From an uncultured Ruminococcus sp. (GTDB lineage Bacteria; Bacillota; Clostridia; Oscillospirales; Ruminococcaceae): 64,000 nt of DNA. The DNA lies in NCBI GenBank assembly GCA_900538575.1, contig UPZA01000009.1, forward strand, positions 27,804 through 91,803, read 5' to 3'. The notes under the pieces were generated by a model. That model saw nothing but the letters and a program-made list of their open reading frames with translations, was not told where the DNA came from and did not search any database. Shown here piece by piece: positions 48,657 to 57,168 of this stretch (the first letter of the stretch is position 1; every line of letters starts with the position of its first letter). The translations under genes were made by a program, and so were the position numbers.

Positions 48657-49572
48657 CGTCTTTATCTTTTTTTATAATTTCATCCGCTATAACAGCAAGC
48701 TTTAAAAATCTTCTATTTACGCCGGAACGTCCGATAGGCTTTGAAAGATTATCACCTAATTCCTGCAAGCTGTATTCAGGATATAAAAGGCGCAGATTTG
48801 CGGTTTCTTTCAATTCAGCGGAAAGATCCTCAAATTTACCGGCATTTTTAATAATCTTTATATCGTTAATCTGCTTTGCTGAAGCAGCTATAACCTTATC
48901 GATATTAGCCGCGTCGCAGTTTGCAATTCTGTTTACTTTATTTCTTACGTCCTTGAAAATCTTGATATTCATAAGATTGAGAGTACACTGTCTTGCGCCT
49001 ATAAAGGTCAGTATATCTTCTATATTTTCACTGTCTTTGATGTAAAGTACAGTATTCTTTTTTCTTTCTGTTCTTCCTGAAGAAATACCTAAGCTAAGTA
49101 ATAATTTATCAAGATCAAAGTATAATTGTTCACATGGCAGAGTAAATTCCAAGTGATATTCTTTTTCAGGATCGGTAACACTTCCACATATAAGAAATAC
49201 TCCTGCTAAAAAAGCGTTTAAGCTATTTATGACTATATTTTTAAGATTTATTTCGCGTTTTTCAATATTGATGTTATAAGCTTCATATATTAAACGAACT
49301 GAATCCGCATCATTAATATTAATATAATAGCCCGTATTCCCTTTTTTCTTTTGTATAATCTCTGTTTCAAAAATTATGTTACGGTTAAATACTGATTTTA
49401 TCAACTCGCAAGACAATTTGAAAAATTTCTCAGATTCTGTATTTATTGTTACGCTTTTTTCACTTATATGACGGCAAAATAGTATAATACCGTATAAACA
49501 GGCATATTTTTTGTCTTTATCTGTTACAGTACAGCAAATTTCTCCTCTGACATCATTGGAAAAGGACGCCAT
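48637..49572 (-). CDS. whiA: DNA-binding sporulation/cell-division regulator WhiA
   Basis: LAGLIDADG-like N-domain plus C-terminal HTH; characteristic VRGEICC..LYGIILF start. Confidence 0.9.
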   Translation of the reverse strand: MASFSNDVRGEICCTVTDKDKKYACLYGIILFCRHISEKSVTINTESEKFFKLSCELIKSVFNRNIIFETEIIQKKKGNTGYYININDADSVRLIYEAYNINIEKREINLKNIVINSLNAFLAGVFLICGSVTDPEKEYHLEFTLPCEQLYFDLDKLLLSLGISSGRTERKKNTVLYIKDSENIEDILTFIGARQCTLNLMNIKIFKDVRNKVNRIANCDAANIDKVIAASAKQINDIKIIKNAGKFEDLSAELKETANLRLLYPEYSLQELGDNLSKPIGRSGVNRRFLKLAVIADEIIKKDKDGENIGN

Positions 49573-49595
49573 TTCGGCATTCCTCCTTAAATTGG

Positions 49596-50477
49596 TTATG
49601 TTCTGTAATAGCTGATATCTTTTCCGATATCCCTATGGCTTTTCTGAACTCTCAATCCTCTTTTAATAAGATAATCTGAAACAAGCTCGGTAAAAGTAAT
49701 TGACCTATGCTTGCCACCCGTACAACCGAAGCATATAACAAGCTGGCTTTTACCCTCATGTACATATAATGGTATAAGAAAGTCTAAAAGATCTTTTATT
49801 TTATCCAATAAAATTCTTGACTGCTCGAAACTCATTACATAATCCCTTACGCTGGAATCGCAGCCGGTCTGAGATCTAAGTTCTTTAATATAATATGGAT
49901 TCGGCAGACATCTGACGTCAAATACCAGATCAGCTTCTGTTGAAACACCGTATTTATATCCAAAAGACATAATTTTTATTATCATTGAATCACTGTTCTT
50001 TTCGAGAAATAAGCCTTTGATTTCTTCCTTGAGCTGTGATGTTGAAAGATAAGATGATTCTATATAATAATCTGCAACTTCTCTAAGAGGACTAAGCTGT
50101 TCTCTTTCAAAAGCGATTGCCTTATGAAGGCAGCTTGAAAATTTATCGTCCAGCGGATGCTTGCGTCTTGTTTCCTTATATCTTTTTATCAAAACTTCGT
50201 CATTGGCCTCAAGATAAAGAATTTTGACTTCCAAATCAATATTATCCTTCAGCATTTTCCATCTGTCAAAAATTTCGCTGAACATTTCTCCGGAACGTAT
50301 ATCAACCGCAACTGCGACTCTTTCAATCTGTCCCTTAGAGTGCATGCATATATCTGCAAATTTATTTAATAGCTGCGGAGGCATATTATCAATGCAGTAA
50401 AATCCTATATCTTCTAACACGTTCATTGCACATGATTTTCCGGAACCCGACATACCCGTTACTATTACAAACTGCAT
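49596..50477 (-). CDS. rapZ: RNase adapter protein RapZ (YvcJ)
   Basis: Walker A GMSGSGKS near the N-terminus, conserved C-terminal RNA-binding half; 293 aa. Confidence 0.9.
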   Translation of the reverse strand: MQFVIVTGMSGSGKSCAMNVLEDIGFYCIDNMPPQLLNKFADICMHSKGQIERVAVAVDIRSGEMFSEIFDRWKMLKDNIDLEVKILYLEANDEVLIKRYKETRRKHPLDDKFSSCLHKAIAFEREQLSPLREVADYYIESSYLSTSQLKEEIKGLFLEKNSDSMIIKIMSFGYKYGVSTEADLVFDVRCLPNPYYIKELRSQTGCDSSVRDYVMSFEQSRILLDKIKDLLDFLIPLYVHEGKSQLVICFGCTGGKHRSITFTELVSDYLIKRGLRVQKSHRDIGKDISYYRT

Positions 50478-50500
50478 ATAACCATCCTCCGATATATATT

Positions 50501-51412
50501 TTATCTTAAAACGACCGGTTCTAACTCCAGATTATATCCGGTTTTATTTTTAACAATTTTTGAAACCTTTTCTGCAAGCTCCAATACATCGCGACATGAA
50601 GCGTTTCCTTTATTAATAATAAAGCCGCTGTGCTTTAAGCTGACCTGAGCGTCGCCTACAGATAGTCCCTTTAATCCGCATTGATCTATCAAAAGTGAAG
50701 CATAACTTCCCTCAGGACGCTTGAATGTACTTCCTGCACTTGGATATTCAAGGGGCTGTTTATCTCTTCGGCGACCCATAAGTTCATTCATTTTGGCATT
50801 TATATTTTCTTTATTTCCTTTTTTCAAACTAAAAATCATATCTGTTATAATACTATTTTGATATTCAGAAAATATGCTGTGCCTGTATGATAAGCACATT
50901 TCATTAGTAGCAATATCCCTGATACTATTTTTTTCATCAATATAACGTGCGCTTTTAACAACGTCCTTGATCTCACCGCAGTATGCACCCGCATTCATAT
51001 AAAGCGCTCCTCCGCATGTTCCGGGTATACCATATGCAAACTCAAGCCCTGTTAGGGAATTTTCCATTGCAAAAAGGCATATATCCTTCAAAGCAACTCC
51101 TGCCGTACATCTGATATCGGTGTCGTTGATGATTTCTATATTTGAAAATAATTTTCCTATATGAAGTATTACTCCGTCATAGCCTTCATCGGACGCTAAT
51201 ATATTGCTGCCTCGTCCCATTACAAAATATGAAACGTTTTCTTGTTTAAGAAAATATAATATTTTCTGTAGTGATTCAGCATTATTAACATCTATAAAGC
51301 ATTTACAAATTCCTCCGATTTTAAATGTAGTGTGACTCTTAAGCAGTTCGTTGGTCTTGAATCCACAGCCGATGTTGCTGCATATCGCTGCTAACCTTTC
51401 AATATACGGCAT
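50501..51412 (-). CDS. murB: UDP-N-acetylenolpyruvoylglucosamine reductase
   Basis: FAD-binding domain FKIGG...MGRGSNIL and MurB C-terminal domain. Confidence 0.9.
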   Translation of the reverse strand: MPYIERLAAICSNIGCGFKTNELLKSHTTFKIGGICKCFIDVNNAESLQKILYFLKQENVSYFVMGRGSNILASDEGYDGVILHIGKLFSNIEIINDTDIRCTAGVALKDICLFAMENSLTGLEFAYGIPGTCGGALYMNAGAYCGEIKDVVKSARYIDEKNSIRDIATNEMCLSYRHSIFSEYQNSIITDMIFSLKKGNKENINAKMNELMGRRRDKQPLEYPSAGSTFKRPEGSYASLLIDQCGLKGLSVGDAQVSLKHSGFIINKGNASCRDVLELAEKVSKIVKNKTGYNLELEPVVLR

Positions 51413-51426
51413 TCCTTCCTCACTCT

Positions 51427-52149
51427 CTATATAATTATATTTTTCTTTTTTGAAAGATAATCGATTATGTTTTGGGCTTTTCGATTAAACACCAATTCTT
51501 TGGGGAAGTCTATATCCTCAATTATTTTATAAACTGTCGGCGTCTGACCTATAATATCACTGTAATGACAATCCGTATTAACTATAATCGGCATTGAATA
51601 TTTTTTGCAAACATTAAGCATTTCTATACAGTTTTCAACCGGACTTCTTCCGAATTTAACTGAACTTTCATTTAATTCCAGAAATACACCGTATTCTTTA
51701 CATGCCTTAACAAGTATATTAAAATCTACCGGATATTTCCATGTGGTTGGATGACCGATTAAATCTACCTCTGAATATCTTTTTATAAGATTTAAATAAG
51801 CTTTTGTATTTTCTTCGGTCGAACCTGGTTTTATAACAGGTTCATGACATGATACAACAACCCATTCCGTGCATTTAAGGTCATATGAAGATAAATCGAT
51901 TTCGCCATCAATGTTTTTTAAATTTGCTTCTACGCCTTTTAATACAATAACATTTTTAATTATTCTGGGAAGAACCGCCAAATTATTAAAATGCCAAATA
52001 TGCGGTGCGTCCTCCATTTCAGGCGCATGGTCTGTTAATGCAAATAGTTTTAATCCATTTTCAAAGGCAGACTCAGCAAGCTCTTTTACTGTTGAATATG
52101 CGTGAGTTGACGCTATCGAATGACAGTGAAGATCAGCTTCAATAAACAT
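51427..52149 (-). CDS. PHP-domain phosphoesterase
   Basis: HCHS...H motifs (ADLHCHSIASTHAYS, LTDHAPEM) of the polymerase/histidinol phosphatase family. Confidence 0.7.
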   Translation of the reverse strand: MFIEADLHCHSIASTHAYSTVKELAESAFENGLKLFALTDHAPEMEDAPHIWHFNNLAVLPRIIKNVIVLKGVEANLKNIDGEIDLSSYDLKCTEWVVVSCHEPVIKPGSTEENTKAYLNLIKRYSEVDLIGHPTTWKYPVDFNILVKACKEYGVFLELNESSVKFGRSPVENCIEMLNVCKKYSMPIIVNTDCHYSDIIGQTPTVYKIIEDIDFPKELVFNRKAQNIIDYLSKKKNIII

Positions 52150-52161
52150 TTTAACCTCCTA

Positions 52162-53121
52162 TTAAAATTGCTCATAATTTTTAACTGTGTCGTTACTGTC
52201 CATGTCAAGTCCAAGCTTTTCCAAAAGTTCCTGAGCCGCATTATATCCCATTTTTTTCTGACGGTTATTCATAGCTGCAACCTCAAGAATGACAGCAAGA
52301 TTACGTCCCGGTTTAACAGGAATAGTAAGCGACGGAACCTTAACGCCTAATATTGATGTATACTGATTATCCACTCCCATTCTATCATATATCTTCTCGG
52401 GATTCCATAGTTCCATTTCAATTATGAGATCAATCTTTTCAGTAAGCTTAACTGCTCCCATACCAAAAAGACGTCTTGCATTAATAATACCTATTCCGCG
52501 AAGCTCAAGAAAATGACGGATATTATCGGGTGAACTTCCTACTAAACTGATATTTGAAACCTTTCTTATTTCAACCGCGTCGTCGGCTACAAGTCTATGT
52601 CCCCTTTTTACTAATTCAATTGCAGTTTCGCTTTTTCCTACACCGCTTTCTCCTGTTATAAAAACTCCTTCACCATAAATTTCTATTAAAACGCCGTGAC
52701 GAGTTATTCTTGGAGCAAGATTAAGGTTTAAAAATGCTATAAGTCCCGACATAAAGTTAGACGTACTTTCCTTACTACGTAAAAGAGGCATTTCATATTG
52801 CTTGGAAAGCTCAAGCATTTCAGCAAAGTAAGGAAGCTCTCGGGTTATGATTAGTGCAGGCAGTCTCTGAGAGAATAATTTTTCAAGACGTTCCCTTCTG
52901 GTTTGCTCGTCTATTGTTGAAAGATAAGCAAATTCCATCTTTCCTATAATTTGTATTCGTTCGGGATTAAAATATTCATAAAATCCCATAAGCTGAAGAC
53001 CGGGACGATTAACGTCGTTTTCATCAATAAATATTTCTTCAGGCGGTTTTGGAGTATAAATTGATTCAAGCTTAAATTCATTTATTATTTTCTGTAATGA
53101 AACAGTAAATTTTTCAGCCAT
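52162..53121 (-). CDS. hprK: HPr kinase/phosphorylase
   Basis: Walker A GESGVGKSE and the HprK signature region; 319 aa. Confidence 0.9.
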   Translation of the reverse strand: MAEKFTVSLQKIINEFKLESIYTPKPPEEIFIDENDVNRPGLQLMGFYEYFNPERIQIIGKMEFAYLSTIDEQTRRERLEKLFSQRLPALIITRELPYFAEMLELSKQYEMPLLRSKESTSNFMSGLIAFLNLNLAPRITRHGVLIEIYGEGVFITGESGVGKSETAIELVKRGHRLVADDAVEIRKVSNISLVGSSPDNIRHFLELRGIGIINARRLFGMGAVKLTEKIDLIIEMELWNPEKIYDRMGVDNQYTSILGVKVPSLTIPVKPGRNLAVILEVAAMNNRQKKMGYNAAQELLEKLGLDMDSNDTVKNYEQF

Positions 53122-53197
53122 TTAAGACCTCCTATTTTATTAGATATATTATTTAGTTGGCAAGGAAAGAATTATCGATTATAATACCCTTTTTTTA

Positions 53198-53225
53198 ATT
53201 ATACTCTATATTCTCGGAATTTTCA
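53198..53225 (-). promoter_or_regulatory. Predicted promoter of hprK (TTGAAA-16-TATAAT on the minus strand)
   Basis: Minus strand TTGAAA (plus 53220-53225) and TATAAT (plus 53198-53203). Confidence 0.35.
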
Positions 53226-53247
53226 ATAGTGCATTAAGATTTAACAC

Positions 53248-53289
53248 CGATTTTAAAAAACAAGGCAATGACATTTTACATACCATTGC
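53248..53289 (-). terminator. Terminator overlapping the hemW stop codon
   Basis: GGCAATG-[13-nt loop containing the stop]-CATTGCC followed by UUGUUUUUU on the minus transcript. Confidence 0.5.
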
Positions 53290-54367
53290 CGTATAACAAA
53301 TCTGTTATTATTGAATTAGACACCAAAAATCCTTTTGGCGTAAGTTTTAAATAATTATCATTTAATTCTGCAAAACCGTTTTTACAGTATTTCATAGAAC
53401 GCTTATATAAATCTAAATTATTGTCAAAATCTTCAAGATTAATACCTTCTGTAAGACGCAGTCCCAGCATAATACGCTCATTACCGCTTCCCGGCTCTGC
53501 GTTCTCATTTATGATTATCTGATGATCATTCTCGCAAAAGCTGTCTAAATCGTCAGGAACATAATACCTTTTTCCATTAAAATACGAATGAGCTGAAGGA
53601 CCTATACCTAAATATTCTTCGCATTTCCAGTACTTCATATTATGACGACTTTTATAACCGATTTTAGAAAAATTTGAAATTTCATACTGTTTAAAACCGG
53701 ATTCTTCTAATAATTTCACGGTATATAAATACAAATCAGCAATTTGATCGTCATCAGGCAACAACTTCCAAGTTTTATTTTTATAAAACGGAGTTTCTTT
53801 TTCTACTTTTAAAATATAAGATGATACATGCTGAATAGGGAGATTAATTATATTTGTAACAGAGCATTCAAGCTTTTCAAAAGTTTGATCTTTCAATGCT
53901 ATCATTAGATCACAGGATATATTATAAAATCCTGTTTCAGCTGCAAGTATTATAGTATCCGCCGCCTTTTCAAAAGAATGAGAACGGCCTAAAAATTCCA
54001 ATTCATCATTGTTACCAGATTGAACGCCAACTGAAAGCCGATTGATTCCGGCAATTTTATAGCTATTTAATTTTGCTTCTGTAACCGTACACGGATTTAT
54101 TTCTATGGTTATTTCCGGAGAAATCAAATTAAATCTGCATTCTAAAGCTTCTATTATTTCCGCTATATATTCTGATGGAATAATTGACGGTGTACCGCCT
54201 CCAAAGTAAACGGTATCAACATCTGCATGCGGCAAATTCCGTATATTACGAATTACCGCATTTTTATATTTTTCTGCCGATTTTATGCTATAATTACATG
54301 AATAAAAATCACAATAGGGACACTTTTTAGAGCAGAACGGTACATGTATATACACTCCTGTCATCAT
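53276..54367 (-). CDS. hemW: Radical SAM haem chaperone HemW (HemN-like, oxygen-independent coproporphyrinogen oxidase family)
   Basis: CxxxCxxC radical SAM motif (CSKKCPYCDF), HemN C-terminal domain; 363 aa. Confidence 0.85.
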   Translation of the reverse strand: MMTGVYIHVPFCSKKCPYCDFYSCNYSIKSAEKYKNAVIRNIRNLPHADVDTVYFGGGTPSIIPSEYIAEIIEALECRFNLISPEITIEINPCTVTEAKLNSYKIAGINRLSVGVQSGNNDELEFLGRSHSFEKAADTIILAAETGFYNISCDLMIALKDQTFEKLECSVTNIINLPIQHVSSYILKVEKETPFYKNKTWKLLPDDDQIADLYLYTVKLLEESGFKQYEISNFSKIGYKSRHNMKYWKCEEYLGIGPSAHSYFNGKRYYVPDDLDSFCENDHQIIINENAEPGSGNERIMLGLRLTEGINLEDFDNNLDLYKRSMKYCKNGFAELNDNYLKLTPKGFLVSNSIITDLLYGNGM

Positions 54368-54675
54368 ACGTCAATTCTGAGACTCGGTACAAGCGGGAAA
54401 AAAAGAGCGTCAAATATTTTATTTATTATAAACGTTACAATAATAACTATAATAATGGGAAAAAAACTTAAATCAGTTTTTATATACATAATAACAACTG
54501 CTATCAGCATTAACAAATCGGTTATAGTATGAAATATTGCCGATTGCATACCGTTTGTACAATGCTTTCCGCAGCTTGGGCACATAACTCCTTTGGATTT
54601 TTGATTGCCTGCAAATGCCTTTTTTAAAGGCGTTATTGATCTTTCACCGCAATGAGGACATTTATATTTTTTCAT
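54364..54675 (-). CDS. Small zinc-ribbon membrane protein (hypothetical), 4-nt overlap with the hemW start
   Basis: CPHCGERS...CPSCGKHC ribbon, then two TM helices; between lepA and hemW. Confidence 0.5.
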   Translation of the reverse strand: MKKYKCPHCGERSITPLKKAFAGNQKSKGVMCPSCGKHCTNGMQSAIFHTITDLLMLIAVVIMYIKTDLSFFPIIIVIIVTFIINKIFDALFFPLVPSLRIDV

Positions 54676-54687
54676 ATTTTCACCATC

Positions 54688-56493
54688 TTATTCATCAAGC
54701 TTGAGAACACTCATAAAAGCTTCCTGCGGAACTTCTACAGTTCCGAGCTGTCTCATTCTTTTTTTACCTTCCTTTTGCTTTTCAAGCAATTTCTTTTTTC
54801 TTGTTATATCGCCGCCGTAGCATTTTGCCAAAACGTCTTTTCTCATAGCCTTGACCGTTTCTCTGGCAATTATTTTACCTCCTATGGCAGCTTGGATAGG
54901 TACTTCAAAAAGCTGCCTTGGAATATTTTCCTTTAGCTTTTCAACCATTTTTCTGCCACGGGAATAAGCGCGGTCGGCATGGACAATAAACGATAAGGCA
55001 TCAACAATATCCCCGTTTAACAATATATCCAGTTTTACAAGTTTTGAAGGCGCATATCCGAGTATTTCATAATCAAAAGACGCATATCCCTTAGTTCTTG
55101 ATTTAAGCGCGTCAAAAAAGTCATACACTATTTCATTTAACGGTAACTCATAATGAAGTGAAACACGGGTTTCATCGAGATATTTCATATCTCTAAATAT
55201 ACCGCGCCTTTCCTGACATAATTCCATAATATTGCCTACATAATCAGAAGGAGCCAGAATTTCCGCTTTTACCATTGGTTCCTCAGCGCTGGAAATCAAA
55301 CCCGGATCCGGATAATTAGTTGGATTATCTATAAACCTGGTTTCACCATTGGTAAGAGTTACTTTATAAATAACTGACGGCGCGGTAGTTATGAGATCAA
55401 GATTATATTCTCTTTCCAGTCTTTCCTGTATGATTTCCATATGCAAAAGTCCCAGAAAACCGCATCTAAAGCCAAAGCCAAGCGCTATGGAAGTTTCAGG
55501 CTCGTATGAAAGCGAAGCGTCGTTAAGCTGGAGCTTTTCCAGAGCTTCCCTTAAATCCTCATATTTTGCTCCGTCAGCTGGGTAAATGCCGGAATAAACC
55601 ATAGGATTTACTTTTCTATACCCCGGAAGAGGTTCGCTGCAAGGATTTAACGCATTTGTTACCGTATCTCCAACTTGAGTTTCACCTATACTTTTAATAG
55701 AAGCAGATATATAGCCAACCTCGCCCGCCGAAAGCATACCGCTGTTAATATGATCAACAGCGTCCATATAACCGACTTCAACTACTGTAAATTCAGAACC
55801 TGCGGCCATTAGTTTTATAGTATCTCCTACTTTTACACTGCCCTCTTTGATACGTACATATATTATAACGCCTTTATATGCGTCGTAGTAGCTGTCAAAA
55901 ATAAGCGCCTTTAACGGTTTATTTGCTTCTCCCGAAGGAGCAGGAATTTCTTTTACTATTTTTTCTAAAACGTCTTCAATATTTAAACCGGCTTTTGCCG
56001 ATATTCTCGGAGCGTCCTCTGCCGGTATGCCTATTACATTTTCTATTTCCTCGCAGACTCTTTCGGGATCGGCTGAAGGAAGATCTATCTTATTAATTAC
56101 CGGAACTACTTCAAGGTCATGCTCTATTGCAAGATAAGTGTTTGCAAGCGTCTGCGCCTCAATTCCTTGCGATGCGTCAACAACAAGTATTGCTCCTTCG
56201 CAGGCCGCAAGCGAACGTGAAACCTCATAATTAAAATCAACATGTCCGGGAGTATCAATAAGATTAAAGATATATTCTTTTCCGTCAAGCGCATGATATT
56301 TCAATCTCACAGCACGAGCTTTTATTGTTATACCGCGTTCCCTTTCAATTTCCATATTATCCAGCAGCTGTTCCTCCATATCTCTCTTTGCTACTGTATA
56401 TGTTTTCTCAAGGATTCGGTCTGCCAATGTTGATTTTCCATGGTCAATATGAGCAATAATACAAAAATTACGGATATTTTCTGTTGACAATTC
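54688..56493 (-). CDS. lepA: Translation elongation factor 4 (LepA)
   Basis: G-domain [30 protein letters not shown] motifs, LepA C-terminal domain; TTG start at 56493 with GGAGGA 7 nt upstream (the track's upstream TTG adds 10 aa). Confidence 0.95.
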   Translation of the reverse strand, partial: ELSTENIRNFCIIAHIDHGKSTLADRILEKTYTVAKRDMEEQLLDNMEIERERGITIKARAVRLKYHALDGKEYIFNLIDTPGHVDFNYEVSRSLAACEGAILVVDASQGIEAQTLANTYLAIEHDLEVVPVINKIDLPSADPERVCEEIENVIGIPAEDAPRISAKAGLNIEDVLEKIVKEIPAPSGEANKPLKALIFDSYYDAYKGVIIYVRIKEGSVKVGDTIKLMAAGSEFTVVEVGYMDAVDHINSGMLSAGEVGYISASIKSIGETQVGDTVTNALNPCSEPLPGYRKVNPMVYSGIYPADGAKYEDLREALEKLQLNDASLSYEPETSIALGFGFRCGFLGLLHMEIIQERLEREYNLDLITTAPSVIYKVTLTNGETRFIDNPTNYPDPGLISSAEEPMVKAEILAPSDYVGNIMELCQERRGIFRDMKYLDETRVSLHYELPLNEIVYDFFDALKSRTKGYASFDYEILGYAPSKLVKLDILLNGDIVDALSFIVHADRAYSRGRKMVEKLKENIPRQLFEVPIQAAIGGKIIARETVKAMRKDVLAKCYGGDITRKKKLLEKQKEGKKRMRQLGTVEVPQEAFMSVLKLDE

Positions 56494-56563
56494 GTGTTCC
56501 TCCGATTCAAATAATATCAACAAAAATTATAACACAAATATCAAAATTTGTAAACAAAAATCT

Positions 56564-56701
56564 TCATTCTATTTCAACCGGCGGAAGATTAATATTTCCA
56601 TCTTCATCAATTCTGTCATACGACTCTGCCGAGCCGGTAATAATATCTTTTTCATTAAATTTTATAATAGTTATTTCCGGTTTAATATAATTGTTATTCA
56701 T
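56564..56701 (-). CDS. Unannotated 45-aa ORF (MNNNYIKPEITIIKFNEKDIITGSAESYDRIDEDGNINLPPVEIE)
   Basis: ATG with AAGGGAGAT RBS about 8 nt upstream; lies between the fliS terminator and the predicted lepA promoter; below the ORF-track length cutoff. Confidence 0.25.
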   Translation of the reverse strand: MNNNYIKPEITIIKFNEKDIITGSAESYDRIDEDGNINLPPVEIE

Positions 56702-56716
56702 TTTTATATCTCCCTT

Positions 56717-56757
56717 ATAAATTAATAATCCGATTTACTTAAAAGCAAATCGGATTT
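56717..56757 (-). terminator. Terminator after fliS
   Basis: AATCCGATTT-[10-nt loop]-AAATCGGATT 10-bp stem, A/U-rich tail. Confidence 0.5.
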
Positions 56758-56761
56758 TAGA

Positions 56762-57139
56762 TTATTTTTTATGAACAATTCTTTCGGCTTCCTGAAAAGA
56801 ATCCCCTAAACCGTCTATCATAGGAATAATTTCCTTGATTATCTCCAAATCCATTTTTATCTTTGCTTTAACAATCATCCTGACAAAATAATCGTACAAT
56901 GAGTGTAAATTTGAAGAAATATCTATACTTCTATCTAATGAAGCATTTAAATAATTTATTATTCTCTGCGCCTTATAAAGAGATTCCTCCGCTTTTTCCG
57001 TATTATTTTCTTCTATGTAATAAACTGCTAAATTAAGTTTCTTGGAACATCCTCTGAATAACTGAACAACAAGCTCACCCTGAGTCATTGTCATAATAGA
57101 TTGCTTTTGATATTCTTCATAAGGATTAACTGCCGCCAT
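56762..57139 (-). CDS. fliS: Flagellar export chaperone FliS
   Basis: 125 aa; conserved FliS four-helix sequence (YEEYQKQSIMT..GELVVQLF..YKAQRIINYL). Confidence 0.85.
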   Translation of the reverse strand: MAAVNPYEEYQKQSIMTMTQGELVVQLFRGCSKKLNLAVYYIEENNTEKAEESLYKAQRIINYLNASLDRSIDISSNLHSLYDYFVRMIVKAKIKMDLEIIKEIIPMIDGLGDSFQEAERIVHKK

Positions 57140-57168
57140 TTAATACTCCTCCCCGTTCTGTGAAGTAA

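Noticed and set aside
53161-53200. Catabolite-responsive element (cre) upstream of hprK (AATTATCGATTATAA)
   Set aside because: It has a central CG but a poor match to TGWAANCGNTNWCA and is not a convincing palindrome. In AT-rich DNA it is likely a chance match.
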